DNA of 64,000 nucleotides from Trichodelitschia bisporula (Eukaryota): NCBI GenBank assembly GCA_010356995.1, contig ML996691.1, positions 1,370,174 to 1,434,173 of the forward strand, read 5' to 3'. Shown piece by piece: positions 58,246 to 64,000 of this stretch (position 1 is its first letter; each line of letters starts with the position of its first letter). The notes under the pieces were generated by a model. It saw only the letters and a program-made list of their open reading frames with translations, ran no database searches and was not told where the DNA came from. The position numbers and the translations under genes were made by a program.

Positions 58246-59628
58246 CTAATACGGGTACTGGTGATACTCCCCCTCCTTCTCCAGCACCAACCCCTCGGCG
58301 AGCTGCTCCTCGTGCCGCTCATCCAGGTACTTGAGCATTTGCTCCTTGAACACCGCGCTGCCGCGGTAGTGCGCCACGTCGTCGCTCCAGCTGCGCACCG
58401 CGGCGGCCAGGCGGCCGGGGACATACGGCTCTTGCGAGATCTCAGTGATGGGGTGGAAGTACGTGCGGATAGTAAAGACCACACCGCCGGAACGAGGAAG
58501 TCTGGGCCGTTAGCATTCCCATAACCACAGAGGAAGAGACAACTCACCTCCGCAAACTCTGCCGCTCGCTCCGGAAATGCATCGCCTCAACAGGCCGATC
58601 ATTCCCCGCCGTGCCCCAGTTCACGCCCCCCTTGTCTTCATCCCCAATCGCCGAGCTCCACGCCAGTTTATCATCCACCTGAATAAAGTAATTATTCCTC
58701 AACATCGGCGCCTCAGGCCTAATCCTGCGAAAAAAGTTCATCATCCCCTTCTCCAGCTTCTGCTTAAACTGCGGCACATCGCCACTGGTATGAATCTCGC
58801 TCAGTGGCATCCGCCACTTATCCTCCAGCCGCCAAAAGCCCGCGAGCAGAATAGCCCCAGCGAGGAGGTAATACTGCCCGTCCTTCCCCTCCATCATGAT
58901 CGCAAGATCGTCCTGCACCATCCGCGCCGCCATTTGCATCGGGTCCTCACTCATCGGCCGCTCAACGATATCAAACACCTCCCCGGTGTGCAGATTCTCC
59001 ATCCCCCGCCCAATCGCCCGGTACAAACTCGGATACCGCTCCGGCAGATACGCGCACAGCTCCTCCACCAGCTCGATCGCAGCGTCAAACGCCTCAGGCG
59101 CGGTACGACAGCAGCGCTCGCCGCGCTCCGTGATCCGCGCAGCCTTGAGGGCGTGGAACTTGGGGTAGTCGCTGTCGAGCTCGATCCACTCGTCCCATGG
59201 CATAGTTCGCAGGCCCATGGTTACGAAGTACTTGGAGCGGAAGGGGCGGTAGGGGAGCGGTTTCGTGTTGTGCAGGTCCCAGTTGGGGTAGGGTGCGGCG
59301 GCGGGGCGCTTGAAGGAGGACGGGATCCAGACTGGGGGGTTAGAGGCATGGACGAGAGTGGTGGCGGCGACTTACCGCCTGGCGTCTGCATCGCATATTT
59401 GGACTTTGCTTCGCCATTTTGGGGTTTCTCGAGATCGGGGCTGCGGGCGCGCGGATTCTTGCGTTGACGGAGGCTGTTGTAGCATCCAAAAGCAAAGGCG
59501 AGAAATCCGATCACAAATGCCGTATGAGTGAGACTCCACGATTCAATCAAGCGGCCTGCAGTCACTTGCGCCCATTCAGTGTACTTCATACCGCAAGCGG
59601 TCCGGGCAATATGCTGGAGCTGGTCCAT
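58246..59628 (-). CDS. DUF3445 (heme-dependent oxidative N-demethylase alpha-like) protein; introns 59332-59375, 58502-58547
   Basis: PYRPFR, TMGLR..WIELD, VQDDLAIM, EIHTSGDVP, RNNYFIQ, FRSERQSLRRLPRSG..FTIRTY. Confidence 0.88.
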
Positions 59629-59911
59629 GATGACAACAAAGTGGCAGGAGCTCAGAACACGCAATCGGGAGCACAAAATTGGCAAAGCGCTCCATCTTGT
59701 ATGCGTATACCGAGACAACCGCACGCGGTGGGTAAGAGTGCGGGGACGTGATACTGTGGTACGATAAGAGGTGGTGGGCATGCATACCCCACGCACGACA
59801 AGCGTCCCCGGATCGGTTTGCCGTTTCGAGACGTACCCAAGTCTAGGCACTGCCGGTCCTTGCTGGACGCGGTAACTTTTAGAGCAAAGCTTATCCAAAA
59901 CATGGACCTTA

Positions 59912-61786
59912 TCAATTGGTCTTGCGACGCATAAGGCAATAAGAACCCCACTTCCGTTGGAGGCGCTCGGGTATAAATGACAAGTCCGGGATCCAGAGCG
60001 TTCGGCCGAGGGTGCCTGTCCGGGACGTATCCAGGAACGGCGCGCAGGCCAGCGTCTCCCAATTGTCGCGGTCGAGTACGAAATGCGGCTCAAGAGCGCT
60101 GGCGCTGGAAACGGGCATGTAGGAGTCGACCAGGTATTTGCACTGGCTGATATGCGTCTGGAGAAAGATTAGCAGGGACCCGGAGTTGAAACAACGCAAC
60201 GCACGTATTTTCCCATGTCCTCCTTGTTCTCGTCGTTCATGCCCGCCGGCTCCAACCATGCGCCGGGAAAGCGTCCTAGGCCCGTCGCCTCGCTGAACTC
60301 GCCCGGTAGCAGGCCATCGAAGTTGCTCTTGATGAACTTGGCCCTGGTCCCGTTGGGCAGAAAGTACGACGAGGAGAAGCGGTACCACTCCTTGCCCAGA
60401 CACACAGTGTCGCCTGGATGCGACATGTTTGGGAGATGGAGTGGCGCATAAACCTTTAGTGGAGCGGAGTAAGCAGTGATAACTCCGACGGTGCGGAGAA
60501 ACGAAATGTCCACCGCGGCAAGGACGAAAAGGACTGCAACGGCCAGCCTCAGCTGCACGGGTATCTTGCGAATAACGGCGCTTGTACCGCCCAGGTACGA
60601 CAGAGTTAGATGCAGGGACAGGGCCGCATTTAAGGCCAGGAATGGATACGCTGGGTACATGAAGCGCTCTTCCTTATGTGGCTGTAGTGTGAAAATGGCT
60701 AGCCACAGGTAAAACGGTGAGGCAACCGTTACCGTCCGAATGGCGTCCTCCGTAGAAGGTCTCGCGAAGAAGATGTGGAGCAGCAGTACGGGTGCCGTGA
60801 CAAGTGCAAGCAACAACCACACGTTGAAATTGAGTGTCAGGTTGCGAAGGTAGAAATGCCACGGTTCCGTCCCGTATATGTTTGGGCCCTTGCCAGACCC
60901 GCTGAAAACATTGTAGGCCACGATGTTCCAAGGGACACAAAGCACCTTCTTGTAGAAGTACACATCGATAGCAGTTTGCATGGCCTGTAGCTGTCAGCAT
61001 AGCTGAGATTTGTGGGCAAAAACTGACCAGAAGCGCAAGAGCACGGAATCCGCCATCAAGAAGCCGTTTCAAGGTTCCAAGATATTGCCCACTTGTATAT
61101 GCTAGGAGGAGCTCTTCGGCGACAAAGGGGAGGACGAGTGCTCCAGCAAAGGGCCAGCCAAGTATGGCACCAGCCGCGAACCAGAACACGCCTTGGGCTG
61201 TCCGCTTTTTCAGAAAGGCGGCACACCCTAGCATCCCTGTGTACATGGCAAAGCTTGATGGCAGGTATGCTGCAGCGGCGTGGAACGTCCCAGTGCTCGT
61301 TGTCATGACTATGAGGAAGAGGATGGCGACTCTTGCGTTGATCCGTTGTGCGACAGCGGAGTACAGTTGCGACTCACAGAGCGCGCAGAAGAGGCCCAGG
61401 ATGGCACGGAGGAAGTAGAATTCGGCATGTTTGCTCGTCACAAACGGTAGCAGACGTCCTATAGCAATGACAGCTGAGTGCATTCCCGCGTACGCCCAAC
61501 TACGGATGCCATATACCGGAGAGTATTCCCAAGTCTGCAGGCCGTATCCATGGTTGAGGTAGTGCGAGGGCTCCCAGTAGTTGAAGACTTCGTCGCAGTC
61601 TTGGATTGGAGCTAGAGAGGCGGCGATCAGATTCGCAGTGAGGAAGATAGAGAACTCGACAACGGGCAGTCTGTGGCCACGGAGGTCAGCTCGACGTTGA
61701 GGAGTACGGAAAGCAGAGGCGTCCGGAGCATCGGCCTTGTTGCCGACAGCGGGTTGCTTGCTGCTGGTAGGAGCCATGACAGCCAT
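59912..61786 (-). CDS. ALG9: Alpha-1,2-mannosyltransferase Alg9; introns 60985-61027, 60158-60204 (5' end structure uncertain)
   Basis: IQDCDEVFNYWEP, QTWEYSP, GPNIYGTEPW, QPHKEERFMYP, CLGKEWYRF. Confidence 0.95.
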
Positions 61787-62280
61787 GGACCTTTTCCGAT
61801 AGAGTGTCAGTGATAGACGGACTCTCGAGGTAGTGTTGAGTGTCGAGGACGGATGAGCAGGTGTTCGTTCCGCCTCGATCGCGTCGAAGACGAACTACCC
61901 CTGTCCTTCATCGGCGTAGGGCTGAGAGAACCAAGCGGCGCTAAGGAGGCTAGCGTGGTGGCCCTTTCTCCGCTTCCATCGAGACGCCCGGCGAACTTGA
62001 ACATTTTGTTGCCAACGTCGACACTGGCAACGTTTCCCCATTGCTGCTCCAGTGGTCGTGAAGTTTTCTTTTCAGCGTCTTCGCACACCTTGTCTCGTTT
62101 GCATGCAATCCATTCTGTAAAGACAACCTGCTGGCAATCTTCGAATTCCCCCCGAAAATCAAACGGCGCGGCTCCCCGCTTAGCACGAGGCGAACCATGG
62201 ACCGCAACGGTCACGATGGGGTGGGGCAACCCGTAAGCCCTTTGTTCTTGTTTGAATGTGGCTCACACCTTCAGGATCCG

Positions 62281-64000
62281 ATGGATGACATGTTAGACGA
62301 TATTTACGCCGAGCCGGACAAGTTGGCTTCGGAGCCCACCCTCAACACAACGGCGAACGCACAACCGGCAACCGTTGCAGTCCCCCAGTTCGCTGTCCCG
62401 ACACAATCTGCCACCTATATTCCCGGCCTTAGCTTTTTGCAGACTGCTAAAGTTGCGGTTACAGAGGCTCCTGCGATTACTGAGGCTCCTGCTGCTATAC
62501 CCATACCCGCCCAAGTTCCTCACCAAGAGCCCGCCAGCTTGGACACAACGAGCGCTCCCGTACCGCAAGCTGGCCCGGTCGTCGAAGCTGACACTACTGA
62601 AGCCAATGCCAGCCCGGTCGCGGAAGACGTCAATATGAACTCGGACAGCTCCGACTCCTCAGACAGTTCAGACAGCTCCGACGAGGACAGCTCCGATGAT
62701 GACTCGGTGCTGTTGACGGCAGAAGAGCAAACGCGGATACTGTTAGCTGGTGTGGATGACGAGGGCATAGCAGTGACTGGCGAGCCCCTCAAGACCGCCA
62801 ACGAACAGGAAGAAGAGGCTCCGCCCATCCCAGAAATTGAGATGACGCCGAATACGGTCATTACGGAGCTCGGCGCGGTCGAGAGTGTCGTCGAGAATCG
62901 TGTGGTCATACGTACGAAGCAGGCGCCAAACATACCCACCCTCGAGCCCGGTTCTGCCCTGTGCCTGGAGGACAAACGTGTCATCGGCTCCGTGTGGGAA
63001 ACGTTTGGCAGAGTGCAAGAGCCTTTCTACGTGCTCGGATTCCGTGACCCGGAAGACATCACCAAATTCGGGCTTGCCTATGGAACCAAAATCTTTTTTG
63101 TCAACGAACATTCCAAGTTCGTTTTCGCTCAATCTCTCCAGGCCTTCAAAGGCACAGATGCCTCCAACGTCTTCGACGAGGAGGCGGACGAGTACGAGTT
63201 CTCCGATGACGAAAAAGAAAAGATGTTCAAAAATAAAAACAAGAACAAGAAGAGGCACCCGGATGCTCTGAAACAACCCACTGCAGAAATTCCTGCCGCA
63301 TTCCCCACTGTCATCAGCTACGATGATGACGAAGACATGGACGGCGGGTACAAGCCTCTTACCCGACCCCCAGACTTCGTCCACGAGATGACGCGCGCCC
63401 CGCCAACCATTGAGCAGTACAGTAAGCACCGCAAGCGTGGCCGCGGTGGCTCAATGCCGCACCATGACCGGGGCGGCCCCTCGCACCGCGGTGCTCGCGG
63501 CGATCGAGGCGGTAGAGGTGACCGGGGCGGCCGAGGCGATCGCGGTGGCCGTGGAGGCCGTGGAGGCGGGGTCCACGACAACGACCGCCGTGGCGGCCGC
63601 GGCGGCAATCGTGGTGGCCGGGGCTCGCGTCAGGGCACCCCGCAAGGCCCTCGCAACTCGCCCCGCGGGCAGTTCTCCCCGAGCAGGCGTAACGAGTCCC
63701 CGCACCAGCCTTCGGGTAGCCACTTTGGCAGCCAGCCGTCCGAACAGCGCGTGCCGCACTACCCGCAGCAGCAGGCCCAGCAGGCTCCTCAGGCTCAGTA
63801 CCACGCGCAGCAGTACCCGTCGCAGTACCAACCCCCCCCAACAGCTGCTCAATTCAACCCGTACATAAACCAGGCCGGCCCATCGTACCCGCAACGGCCT
63901 CAGCAGTACGGTCAGCACTTTCCTCAACCTCAGCAGGCAGGCAACCCGCAGAGCCGCGGCGGATGGGAAGCTCCCCCCCGCGCCGCGGAGCGTGCAGAAC
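62281..64000 (+). CDS. NAF1: H/ACA snoRNP assembly factor Naf1, truncated by the window end
   Basis: Open frame from ATG 62281 to the window end (absent from the ORF track); Ser/Asp tract, Gar1/Naf1 core GSALCLED..IG.V.ETFGRVQEPFY, KGTDASN..DEE..EFSDDE, RGG tract. Confidence 0.9.
   Translation, partial: MDDMLDDIYAEPDKLASEPTLNTTANAQPATVAVPQFAVPTQSATYIPGLSFLQTAKVAVTEAPAITEAPAAIPIPAQVPHQEPASLDTTSAPVPQAGPVVEADTTEANASPVAEDVNMNSDSSDSSDSSDSSDEDSSDDDSVLLTAEEQTRILLAGVDDEGIAVTGEPLKTANEQEEEAPPIPEIEMTPNTVITELGAVESVVENRVVIRTKQAPNIPTLEPGSALCLEDKRVIGSVWETFGRVQEPFYVLGFRDPEDITKFGLAYGTKIFFVNEHSKFVFAQSLQAFKGTDASNVFDEEADEYEFSDDEKEKMFKNKNKNKKRHPDALKQPTAEIPAAFPTVISYDDDEDMDGGYKPLTRPPDFVHEMTRAPPTIEQYSKHRKRGRGGSMPHHDRGGPSHRGARGDRGGRGDRGGRGDRGGRGGRGGGVHDNDRRGGRGGNRGGRGSRQGTPQGPRNSPRGQFSPSRRNESPHQPSGSHFGSQPSEQRVPHYPQQQAQQAPQAQYHAQQYPSQYQPPPTAAQFNPYINQAGPSYPQRPQQYGQHFPQPQQAGNPQSRGGWEAPPRAAERAE

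Noticed and set aside
61671..61707. 37-nt intron near the ALG9 5' end
   Set aside because: Has GT, CTGAC and CAG, but removing it breaks the frame from the upstream ATGs; left unresolved

Overview
GC-rich, intron-containing DNA from a filamentous ascomycete fungus (Pezizomycotina-type GT..CTAAC..AG introns of about 42-60 nt). The backbone is conserved housekeeping genes: AUR1, MRM2, EXO5, RFT1, tRNA-Pro(AGG), MCM2, a UBR7/mlo2-like gene, a coiled-coil gene, NMA111, APS2, a carnitine carrier, an MSC2-like Zn transporter, ALG1, a SUN/GH132 gene, a TFIIIC-delta-like gene, DUF3445, ALG9 and NAF1 (runs off the end). Three accessory patches interrupt it. (1) Between EXO5 and RFT1 are two diverged minus-strand copies of a ~280-nt element with A-box-like and B-box-like motifs, conserved hairpins and a T-run end, a candidate Pol III structured ncRNA or SINE. 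(2) An intronless acidic repeat protein has a C-terminal segment resembling a Crinkler ubiquitin-like domain. (3) About 24-29 kb and 33-43 kb hold a three-member family of Ty1/copia Gag+protease-only genes. One member is intact, apparently lacks the catalytic Asp, and has a TATA box and a 5'UTR intron, so it is a domestication candidate. The same patches contain LTR/promoter-like repeats, a duplicated membrane gene and a Helitron remnant. All family assignments come from motif recognition by eye; no searches were run.
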